DNA of 64,000 bases. Origin: Octopus bimaculoides. Its lineage: Eukaryota. The position numbers and the translations under genes are program-made. Shown here piece by piece: positions 53,328 to 64,000 of the stretch. Positions within the stretch are counted from its first letter, which is position 1. Every line of letters begins with the position of its first letter. The stretch is from NCBI RefSeq assembly GCF_001194135.2, contig NC_068999.1, positions 32,953,910-33,017,909 on the forward strand, in the 5' to 3' direction. The notes beneath the pieces are model-generated. The model saw only the letters and a list, made by a program, of their open reading frames with translations, did not search any database and was not told the origin of the DNA.

Positions 53328-55278
53328 TGAAGTACTAGTCCACTACTAGAGTCAAGTCTTTTCTTTCTTCCATTCTTTCTGAAGGAAATTAGCTATGGTC
53401 AAACCTGGATAAAGATGGGTTCTATCAAGTCTAAAAATGCCAAGAGTGACAAGAGTTTTAACATTGTCTTTACTAATGACATCAACTGTTGATGATCACA
53501 AATAGGTGGCAACACCAGTCACAGTTAATCTTAAGGTGCTAGTTGATATTGTAGTGACATAAAAATAAAATGTGCAAGTCTGGTAGTTTAGGAGATTACT
53601 TTCAACTTTATGGTCTTCCTACAATTCATATTGATGGATTGACTTCACTGACATCTCTCAATTGCAGTGCGTTTATATTCTAGCAAAGAAAGAAAAAAAA
53701 ATCTGTTTTCATCTTTCTACAGACTTAAATATAGAAGTCATGGTAAGGAGATATCAGATATTACCAGGATTATGGCAATAACTGATATATATATATGGTG
53801 TGTGTATGTATATATATATATATATATATATNNNNNNNNNNNNNNNNNNNNNNNNNNNNNNNNNNNNNNNNNNNNNNNNNNNNNNNNNNNNNNNNNNNNN
53901 NNNNNNNNNNNNNNATCACTAAGCAGTGTTTAGGCATAAGCAAAAATTAGGTAAGTTAAAATATGTTTGTGACATATCAGTCTTGAGTGGCAGATAATAG
54001 AATATATATGAACCATTTATATATATGTTTCCATTTATAAAAGTATGTGTGTGTGTACATATATATATTAGTTTGTAAATATGTGCATATGACTGTCTGT
54101 GTTTGTGTGTATGTATATTTCATTTTGATCAAGTCAGTCTTGCTTGTTGGGGCACAGGGTCTTCAGACCACACACAACCAAGTATGCATACAAAAAATAT
54201 ACAAAGGTGCACACACACACACACACACACGTGTACACTTATATATACACAGGCAAGTACATACTTGGTGAACATGTGGCAATATCTCTTCCTTCATATA
54301 TATATGCAAAATTTAGGTTAGTCAAAATATGTTTGTGACGTATTTCAAATGCTAAAAGGCAAATACACTGCAGTGAAAATACCCCGTTTGTTTAGTGTTG
54401 CCATCTATCAGGAATCCCAGACATCAATGTATCGAGTTCATTGACTCTTGTCATGGGATGTACCTAAGAGAGGCAACTCTGAACAAACTTATAAAGCAAC
54501 AGCTTTATGTAAAATTCAGTAAACACGTTGACTGATTTACACTAGTAGATTGCCCATTTGAGGGAAATAACAAAATGTTAGTGCTATTGATAAAAGTCAA
54601 TAAACTCAAACCATCAATGTCTGGGATTCCTGATAGATGGCGAAACTGAACAAACCTTTGCCATAAGATGGTGACACTAAACAAACCTTTGCCATAAGAG
54701 AGATATTTTCACCATGGTAACTGTACTGTATTTACCTGTTAGCAGTTGAAATATGTCACAAACCTATTTCAACTAACCTAGTTTTTGCTTATGCCTAAAC
54801 ACTGCTTAGCGATAACATTTCATTTTATATATATATATATATACACACACAATATATATATATCAGTTATTGCTATAATCCTGGTAATATCTGATATCTC
54901 CTTACCATGACTTCTATATTTAAGTCTGTAGAAAGATGAAAATAGATTTTTTTTTTCTTTCTTTGCTAGAATATAAACACACTGCAATTGAGAGATATCA
55001 GTGAAGTCAATTCATCAAACATGAATTGTAGGAAGACCATAAAGTTGAAAGTAATCTCCTAAACTACCAGACTTGCACACTTTATTTTTATGTCACTACA
55101 ATATCAACTAGCACCTTAAGATTAACTGTGACTGGTGTTGCCACCTATTTGTGATCATCAACAGTTGATGTCATTAGTAAAAACATCAATGTTAAAACTC
55201 TTGTCACTCTCCTCCTGAATTCCTTAAGTTTCTTTGTTACATAAACACAACAACTGCATTTAAGGCTTACTGTGAGCA

Positions 55279-55341
<63 letters not shown>

Positions 55342-55613
55342 TGTATGTGTAGGTGAAATAAACATCAGAGATGCTTTACCCCATGCAGAGACTGCAGGGG
55401 CTGTTCAGAGGTTTTGCAAGCTCTTCTTAGAAATATTAACCCTTGGACACTCAGCTCTTTGCTAGAGTCATAAAGGTCCATTGTGGCATATGGCATTTTG
55501 GCATTTTTAGACTTGATGGAACCCATCTTTATCCAGGTTTGACCATAGCTAATTTCCTTCAGAAAGAGTGTAAGAAAGGAAAGACTTGACTCTAGTAGTG
55601 GACTAGCACTTCA
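53328..55613. repeat. Large nested inverted duplication
   Basis: 53328-53443 pairs with 55498-55613, 53444-~53815 with ~54835-55209, and 53915-53976 with 54751-54813. The arms differ by scattered substitutions and small indels. Confidence 0.9.
54306..54788. mobile_element. MITE-like element with long imperfect TIRs at the centre of the inverted duplication
   Basis: gcaaaatttaggttagtcaaaatatgtttgtgac...gccatctatcaggaatcccagacat pairs with atgtctgggattcctgatagatggc...gtcacaaacctatttcaactaacctagtttttgc. There is an internal ~30-bp direct duplication at ~54649-54699. Confidence 0.7.
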
Positions 55614-57329
55614 CTTATTCCCAAAACAAGGAAAGGCAAAATGACCACGGTAGAATTTAAACTCTGAATACAGAAAATGAGCAATTATCACAAACTAATC
55701 AATCCAATCTTCTAACAACTCTGCCATAACGAGGTTTTGTGTTTCCCTCCACTGCAGAGCACACTGGACAAATATCTTCTACCATTGCATCAGGTCAACC
55801 CAAGCTGTGAATGAAATTAGGTGTCCAGAAACTGTATGTTAACCTAGCAGATGAATTTTAACTACAATTCAAATGGCTGCCTCTTGCACCCTTATTACAC
55901 CTCTTGATTACATGCCTATGGGACACTCTGCTGTTTATATTATAATTCAATGAATAGGTTGCACTATACATTACTAAAAGGAGATGATTTCTCTTTATAC
56001 CTCACAAAAGAAAATATATACACTGGTACAACTGTGTGTTCAACATTGGTTAATGGTACTGTGTTGTAGAGGTCATTTGGCTGCAACTCACTGCTGGTCC
56101 AGCAGACAAGTGGCCAGACCATTCCAGTCCTGGTGTACTTGTCTTTCATTCAAACTTGGTGTATTGATAGCTATATTCTCATATATATCTTTATTCTTTT
56201 AAAAACAATAATGTAATTTGAGGATGTTGCTGCTACTATTTCTAGTAGGTTGAGTGACCACATTGAAACTCCCTCATTAGCTTCTTTGCCATTTGTAAGA
56301 AGACATAGAAATAAGGTGAACCAACACTAATGTTTTTTACCATGTTGTCGTAATGATCCCGCATCAGTTTAATACCTTGATAAATATAAAAATGTATGTC
56401 ATGCTTTTAAAAATAAACAACTCATTTTATTTTATTGTTTTATTAAACTAATTATGGATTTCAAAATGTTTTTATGGATACACTTAGAATAATCTATGAT
56501 GTACTTTGTAACTGCTTACAATGCTGGTTAAATTATATCATGATGTTGAATGATTTACAATGAGCAATATCTCATGACCTGCCGGTAGAAAAACATTGTC
56601 CATGCCTGCAGTAGGTTATGATTTGAGAATTTCGTTACTGCTTCTAACAAATCAAGTAATTGGTGTAGAAGCTGGTTATTGATATTGATGGTGTTGGATT
56701 GGTAGAAGAGTTGTATTGTATTATTTAGTTATGCCTCTTCACACTGTAAAATGCTGGGTGTCACTTCAATCAAGTAGGCCCTTCACTTTTAAATTTACGT
56801 GTTTGTTCCAGTGTAGAAAGTGTTGTTGTTGTTTGGTGCATGGAGTATTTCTTCCTGAATTACTTGATTTTTTTTTTTTTTTTCCACCTACAAAGGGCTT
56901 CAGAATATTTAAATGGCCACCCAATTACATGAGAAAAAAAAGATTCATCCTTAACTATTTTATTGTGTACATATGTTTTTGAAAAAGATCTATTTTGCTT
57001 TGTTTAGTGATTCAATATGTCTATCTGTGTAGTAGTTAGAGAAGGTGTTAGCCACAATAGAGATAACTGTGAATACATCCTCCTTCTCAAAATGTCTTGT
57101 GACCACATAAACGGATTTTCAAAAACTGACAGGCACAGTTACAAAGACAATGATAAATGACAATAACAACTGATCTTTTGCTTGTATTGTGACATGGAAT
57201 AACTACATGCAAAATGAAAAGAGAGCTTCTTGTTCAAAGAATTTAGCCAAGAAAGAGCAAAGTAGAAAGAGACATTTCTCTGTTTTACAAAAATGGGAAT
57301 ATTTTTATTTGTCCTTGAAAGGGTAGTTT

Positions 57330-57800
57330 GAGGGAACCTGGCCAATATGTGGAAGAATGTATGGTCCCTCAATATGGCCAGGGTATATAGAAGTATGTGC
57401 TTATCTAAGACTGACAATGAAGCATGAAGGCAGATATGGCTGTACACTATATACCTAGCCATCAGATAGTGCTGCAATACATGGACAGAAGACAATGGTG
57501 TTGACGTAGATCTTTGGCTTGTTGATTTGTAGCACAGTATTGGCAGGTCAGGCGCACAGAGATGATCAAACAAGTAGGAGTTTTCATGCTCATCCAAATC
57601 CAAATGATCCCTACCTACTAAACTACAAGGCTGTCCAAGAGTTATCCCTTATTACGAGAGCACAGAGGAAGTCAATCAGAATGGTGGTGGAGGGCAGACG
57701 GTCCAGTTACTGTGGGTGTTTGTGGTTGCTTGAACCACACCAGGACCACATGCTGAGGTAGAGGAAAGTGTATAAAAGAAATGAGGGTGGCAGTAAACAG
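57330..57800 (+). mobile_element. Degraded LINE ORF1-like remnant with a decayed CCHC zinc knuckle
   Basis: IRMVVEGRR followed, after a frameshift, by VCGCLNHTRTTC (decayed CX2CX4HX4C). Confidence 0.45.
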
Positions 57801-58319
57801 CAGCAAATGATTATGACTACTGTTTATACCACACCACCACCAATTGCAGCTTTATTAATAGTCATGACACTTACTGATGAGGGAAGGGATTGAAATGACA
57901 GCATGGTCTTCCTTCAGCACATCCTCTTGTGATGGTGGAGAGAAAATGATACATGAAGTAATATGGGAGGATCAAGGAGAGGTAGCAAGGAAAAGAAAAG
58001 AAGGACTCAAAAAGAGATTGTAAATTGAAAGTACATAGGTTACTGGAAATTCCTTGTCGAAGAGATCTCCACCCACAAGGCGAGAATAAATTTCACAGCT
58101 AAATAATTATAGATGGTTGATGAAAACCACACAAACTACCTAATAAGAGCTAAAGGAGAATTGCCTGCAGGATGTTGGAGACCTCATGATTTGACTTTGA
58201 TCAAAGATTCTCTTGAGCAATTTTAAAGGGTTCAATATAGAAGCTAATTGAAGCTAGAGGTGGGCAGAGTCATGGGGTACTCTGATCATACTTAAGTGGT
58301 TGCTTCTTGTCCCTTTGTG

Positions 58320-58708
58320 AATATGTTTGTGCCATGGTCAGAATTGCTTTTCTTCATTTCAGGGATGAAAAAATTAAGTACCAACCAATTACTGGGGTGA
58401 AACAAAATCAACTGACCCTCTTCCCTTGAAATTACTGGCCTTGTGCCAAAATTTGAAGCCATTATTTATTTATTTGTTATTATTATTAATACGCCAGGCA
58501 AAATGCTTAGTAGCATTTTGTCCATCTTTATGTTCTGAGTTCAAATTCCACTGAGGTCAGCTTTGATTTTCATCCTTTCGGGGTCGGTAAATTGAGTACC
58601 AGTGAAACACTAGAGTGGATGTAATCGACTGGTCCCCTCCCCTGAAATTTCAGGTTTTGCACCTTTAGTAGAAATTATTATTATTATTGTTATTGTTATT
58701 CTTCTTCT

Positions 58709-58771
<63 letters not shown>

Positions 58772-59200
58772 GAAGGTGGCAAGTTAGCAGAATCATTAGG
58801 AATGTTGAGCAAAATGCCTAGCTGTATTTCTTCTGGGTTTTTACATTCTGAGTTCAAATTCCTTTGAAGATGGTTTTGCCTTTCATCTTTTCAGAGTTGA
58901 TAAAATAAATACAAGTTGAGCGCTGGGGTTGATGTAATTGACTTATCCCTTCCCCAAATATTGCTGGTCTCATCCTAGAATTTGAAACTATTATCGCCAT
59001 CATCATTATTGAGTGGCAAACTGGCAAAATCATTTGAGCATAAAAAGAAATACTTTGTGATATTTGTTGTGGCTCTTTATATTCTCTTGCTTAGCCCAAC
59101 TTTGCTTTTCATCCTGCCAAGGCCAATAAATTACACTACCAGTCACATAGTGGTATTAACTACCCCTTCTTTGTGTCTGGATCTGAAATCATTATTATTG
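58320..59200 (+). mobile_element. (ATT)n-tailed SINE array ending immediately upstream of the PDZ3-exon branch point
   Basis: About 4 copies with a (TAA)n(TTA)n tract at ~58700-58770. The last tail (attattattgttgttgttgctgctg) abuts TACTAAT at 59219. Confidence 0.8.
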
Positions 59201-59218
59201 TTGTTGTTGCTGCTGTTT

Positions 59219-59254
59219 TACTAATTTCTCCATTCTTTCTTCTTATAATTTCAG
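59219..59254 (+). promoter_or_regulatory. Branch point (TACTAAT) and polypyrimidine tract / 3' splice site of the Dlg PDZ3 exon
   Basis: TACTAAT at 59219-59225, followed by ttctccattctttcttcttataatttcag, ~30 nt upstream of the acceptor AG. Confidence 0.8.
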
Positions 59255-59411
59255 AGAACCAAGAAGAATAGTTCTAAACAAAGGCTCGACTGGTCTAGGA
59301 TTTAATATTGTTGGTGGTGAAGATGGAGAAGGGATTTTTGTTTCATTCATTTTGGCAGGGGGACCTGCCGATCTCAGTGGAGAGCTTCGACGAGGTGACC
59401 AAATACATTCG
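59255..59411 (+). CDS. dlg1: Internal coding exon of a Discs-large (Dlg1/SAP97/PSD-95 family) MAGUK; N-terminal part of PDZ3 including the GLGF loop
   Basis: Manual translation: A|GAA CCA AGA AGA... = (R)[52 protein letters not shown], nearly identical to vertebrate DLG1-4 and fly Dlg PDZ3. It is flanked by a pyrimidine-rich ttcAG acceptor (AG 59253-59254) and a G|GTAAGT donor (GT 59412-59413). Length is 157 nt = 1 + 52 codons, so it enters in phase 2 and exits in phase 0. Confidence 0.97.
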
Positions 59412-60329
59412 GTAAGTTTCCTATGCTTATTTTAATACAGTTCACATGTCTCTTGTTATCCATAGCATAAATGTTTTGTCACTGGTTTCTGTACTGTTAA
59501 GTGGATGTGAGATTAGACAGCACGGAAAGCTTTCTCCTATGGAAGAAAGTAAATCTTGGAACTGCAAAATAATGAGCTACTTCCCAATCTTCCACATAGC
59601 ACTTCAGCTATATACATACAGTCCGGTGAACTACACCACCTACTTATAGCTGTGGTACCAAGTTACAGCTAGGTGAACTCAGTGAAGTCAACCTAGCTGT
59701 TAAACATCTGGGCCTATGACACAAAACAATACTTCTGATATAGGAACCACTGACTTTCAGGTTCATTGCTTCATTATATTTGGGCACTTATCTGTAGTAC
59801 TTTCGAGTAATTCTAAATTTTTATCATGAGCTGAATCACAAGTACATCAAGTGAGTCATCATCAATATTTAAAATCCATTTTCAATGCTGGCATGGGTTG
59901 GATGGCTTGACAGGAACTGGCAACACCAGGTTCCATAGTCTGTTTTGGTTTGGTTTCTATAAATGGATGCCTTTCCTAATGCCAACTACTTTACAGAGTG
60001 TACTAGGTGTTTTTTACGTGGCACCATTATCATTGCATTTTGCATGACACCAGCACCCACACCAATGCTTTTTAAGTGGTACTTTGGTTTTAGAATCTCA
60101 GTTCTGTTGTAGTGGGTGGGTCTTCTCGAGTACAGTCAATTGATTCATGTTCCTATAAATCTATGTTAACAACACGTTGCTTGTTATACTCCTTATATTA
60201 CAGTACTCCTCCTACTCTCACACGTATCGTTTCTGTCTTCATTCTTCAGTCATTTTTGACACACAATCATTCTTCATTTGCAGCCTAGAAACCCTCTGAT
60301 ATGTGTTATAATGGCATGTCACTGACGCT

Positions 60330-60500
60330 AAGTCATTGCTTTTCTCTTGGATAACATTGGTGGCATGGAGAGGGGAGACTGGTATGCATAGGTAACTGCT
60401 GGCCTCCCATAAACAACCTTTCCCGGACTTGTGCCTTGGAGGAGAACTTTTTGGGGGCAATCGGCATGGTCATTTGTGACCAAAGGAGGGTCTTTTTCTT
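60330..60500 (+). mobile_element. 5'-truncated SINE fragment (29255 family)
   Basis: Shares ggagaggg..gctggtatgcataggt.actgctgg..ccataaacaa with 29440-29560. Confidence 0.75.
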
Positions 60501-61539
60501 TACTTCTATACTCTGTGCTAGAAATAAGTCGAGTTTCTTTCAAATCCCATTCTATTGTCTTAAAGTAGGAAGAATGTATTGGACGATGGTAGTTTTAAAT
60601 GTATTTCATCTGAGAAGAAGAGACATGTTGCAATGATCAAAGCTAGAATAACTTTGATCATAGCTCTGTTCAATCAGGACTGACCTAGGGCTAAACAACC
60701 ACACATAATTTGGTAATGAAGACAATCAGCGTCAAGGTGGAAGAAGTCTGAAGTAGTTTAATGACTGGTGTCATTTGATTGTTATTTATGAAGCTAGACA
60801 ACGCTGGGTCAACCTGCTTTTAGTAATAAATAACTTTGTTTAATGCTTCAGTTTTGTGAGAGAGAAGTGCAGGGGTAGGTATAGTCAGTTGACTCAATCC
60901 TTGTATATTACTGTATAGTGAACTTCTCAGCACACAGCCAGGCTGTGGATGTTTTTAATGGAAAGTTATAGTTGATTGAGGTGATATTGTTGTTTAGCAC
61001 CTGGTCAGCTCTGATTGATCAAATATGTTCCAATCATGATCATTTCATTGCTTTACATAAGCAAGACTACATTGTCCAACATGCCCTTCCTTTTTAAGAT
61101 TGTAGGTTATGCTGTCAGGGAGATTTTATCTGTTTTTTCTATTAGATCAAGTTACCATGTAAAACTTCTTTCATTAGCCTCAGGACTGTTTGGCCAACCT
61201 TTGACAATAAATAAACAACAGAGCCCATCCTATCAGGATTTGAATGCAAACATTAAGTTATTTGTAGTTAACATGAAGGGAAATATAATCAGTTACTGAT
61301 AATTAGTCAATTAACTGTTAATTATCAACTCTTCAGAGACAAAATGGTAAGCATAGTTTGGTTGGACTGAAACTAGAAAAATCTGAGGCAGCAAATGCTC
61401 TACTGCACCAATAAAGAATTTCCTGTTGTCGTTTTGCTAACCACACACTCCTATAATTTTTTACTGTCTTTCAGCTAACTCCACACCACTATATCCTCTT
61501 ATTCATTTGGCCACTATTAATGTTCATCATCATCATCAG

Positions 61540-61710
61540 CCCTTTTATTACTATATTTCTATCAAAATACATCGCTTTGTTTCAATTGATTTGGAAATAA
61601 TAAGAATTTAGTAAAATATCTTTGTCATTATTACACTGGTGTTTGGGGTACAAATTAAAATGAAATTTTAAAAGGTAGCTTCAAATGAGATCACTTAAAA
61701 ACTTCAAGTT
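61540..61710. mobile_element. MITE arm fragment; inverted copy at ~32410-32590
   Basis: Similar to the reverse complement of 32410-32590 (tggtgtttgg..aaatt..atgaaatttt..agatcactt). Confidence 0.55.
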
Positions 61711-63431
61711 TGTAGCATAGATCCAAGAACAGACTCAGGTGTGTTGGTATCAAAAAGGTTAAAACTAGTGGAATGACAGATGAATCTGTAACACAATGGA
61801 TTACAATATTCAGTTAGATTCTGTGTTAAAATCTTATCAGGTGCTACTTTATTCTCACTTTTCAATAGAATGAAATGCCAGTCAAATACTAGGATTGATA
61901 TCATCAGCTATCACTTCTCCACATATTTCTGGTCATGTCTCTAAGTTTCATCTTGGCAATTTTTTTTAGTACTCAGACCATCTCTGTGCAGCTAGGAGAT
62001 ACACCTATGATATGTTTGTGATTCCATTTTAAACAAGTCATTTACTTGTGATCAATATGGTGACAAATGTGATAACCTGTTATAATTTTTTTTTTTTTTT
62101 CATTCTTTGTTTTTCCACTGTAGGTATGCATTGGATAGATTTGTAATGTTTCATCGCATGACACATCTCTATTTAATGTCTCATTTATATGTTTATATCT
62201 TCACATCTAACCTGACTACTTCTTAACAACTCTCCCTTCATCAATCTCTCCATGGATACCTTCCACTATCTTTTAGATTTGTTTGTATGCTGCAGATAGT
62301 GTAGCTTTGCTAAACCTGAAATAGTCACACATTATATTTAGGCAAATATAATTACTGTTAGCTAGTTGTATCCTTTCAAGTACAAACCCCATCTAACATA
62401 AAATAGAAATGTTATTTATAGTTGAGCTGGCACCAATACCTCTACCAAACAGACAAAATAATGACTCCCCAGCTGTTTGAGGGAGGTCAAAACTATGACT
62501 TTTACACCCAAAAATCTAACATGTTAACCACCCCATTGTCACACCTCCGTTTCAATTAACTGTTATTTGAGCAAGTTTCTTGTATATTGATTTGGTATTG
62601 ATCTCCTTATCTAGCTATGATAACCTAATCGATGAACCTACAAATCACTCTCTCTCTCTCTCACAAACTCTATTTAGTAGAAGTAGCAACATTAACTTTT
62701 CTTCATGTTATGTTGCTGCTGCTACTGTTGTAGTTAGTTGTAAATCTGTTTCTTGTAATGTAGGGCTGAGAAATGGTAGGTTTATTGAACTATTCCTTGC
62801 TATTTTGCATCATCTGTACTTCCTCTCACTTGCTGTCACAACAAACCATATAATGGAATCACTACAAATAGATCAATATCTTCAACAATCAAAATCTTCT
62901 CAATTCGATTGATATTTAAAAAATATTTTTATAAAGTATCATCATTGTCCTTGCTTAAATTCTTAAAACATTTGCACAAAAGATGAATTAAATTTTTTTC
63001 ATACCAATTGCTGTGAGCTTTAAGGTATTGATCAAACTCACCCTACTGCAACCCTAGTATTGTGCCTCTTTCCTTTTGTTTCTTTACTCGACATGACCTC
63101 AGTCGGTTTGGTCCTACAAATTTTTTATGATGAAATGGCTTTGGAAATGAGATTTATCAAGAGGCTCAGCTGTTGAGATGAGAGAATGTTTAATATTTCT
63201 ATCATTTAATAAGGGTTTGAACTGAAGCAAATATAGTGTAGATATAAAAGTAATTTTTTAAATATCTTTATCTCTACAGATGAGGTTTGTGATCTGGAGA
63301 AAAAAATGTTATACCACTTAAACATTTATTGAATTAAATATATAAATTAAGAAACTGCAGACCATGTTCTGTCAGCTGGTATAAATCAATGGTAAATACT
63401 GATAATCAATTATCAAGTCATTGGCAACATT

Positions 63432-63494
<63 letters not shown>

Positions 63495-64000
63495 AAAAAA
63501 TGGAGGTGATGACAAGTGACCAAAACTTCTAGTGTTTTGCTGTGCTTCAGAAGATATGTCAAAGCTAAGTGAAATCATAGTCATGGCCCATGACGGCAAC
63601 ATGTAAAAGACACCCAGTACACTCTGTAGAGTTGTTGGTGTTAGGAAGGGCATCCAGCCATAGGAACCAAGCCAAAACAAACAACTTAGAGCCTAGTGCA
63701 ACTCTCAAGCTTCCCAGCTCCGGTCAAACTGTCTAACCCATGCCAGTATGGAAAACAGACGTTAAATGATGATGATTATGATATATGTGTGTGTGTGTAT
63801 ATAAATATAAATATAGTGTTTGTTCAGCTTTATGTTCATTTTTCCTTGTTAGAGTGGAGTTAGATGCAACTTATATGGCTGCTCCCCTGTCACCAACCTT
63901 TATCTTTTTCCTAAGTTTGGTATATTCCACTGATTCTCATGCATCTAAAGGTGACTATGTGATGTTTTGTTTACGATAAATTGTAAACAAAGATGTTTTT

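Noticed and set aside
59412-64000. Search for the next Dlg exon (expected to start VNG.., phase 0)
   Set aside because: No acceptor followed by a PDZ3 C-terminal sequence was found; the exon probably lies beyond the window.

Overview
AT-rich, repeat-dense eukaryotic genomic DNA. It is most likely from a coleoid cephalopod (Octopus-like), inferred from the SINE/LINE families and (CT)n/(TA)n/(CA)n microsatellites. There is one unambiguous host coding exon: a 157-nt + strand exon (59255-59411) encoding the N-terminal part of the third PDZ domain of a Discs-large MAGUK (Dlg1/SAP97/PSD-95 family). It reads [52 protein letters not shown] and is missed by the ORF track. No PDZ1/PDZ2 or downstream Dlg exons were recognised, so most of the window is probably Dlg intron. 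It is filled with tRNA-derived SINEs (often in head-to-tail arrays), RTE, L2/CR1 and Tx1/L1 LINE remnants, a mariner remnant, MITEs, fold-backs and minisatellites. The most interesting signal is a series of CpG-retaining, promoter-like patches in the otherwise CpG-poor intron. Three of them lie at or just before candidate exons (ending at 6968, 24520 and 46425) with an in-frame ATG and a phase-2 AG|GT donor. Each would splice in frame onto the phase-2 PDZ3 exon, which suggests an array of internal promoters making PDZ3-SH3-GK 'mini-Dlg' isoforms with different N-termini. This is a hypothesis that needs RNA data. A ~2.3-kb nested inverted duplication (53328-55613) and several fold-backs could form long dsRNA in the pre-mRNA.
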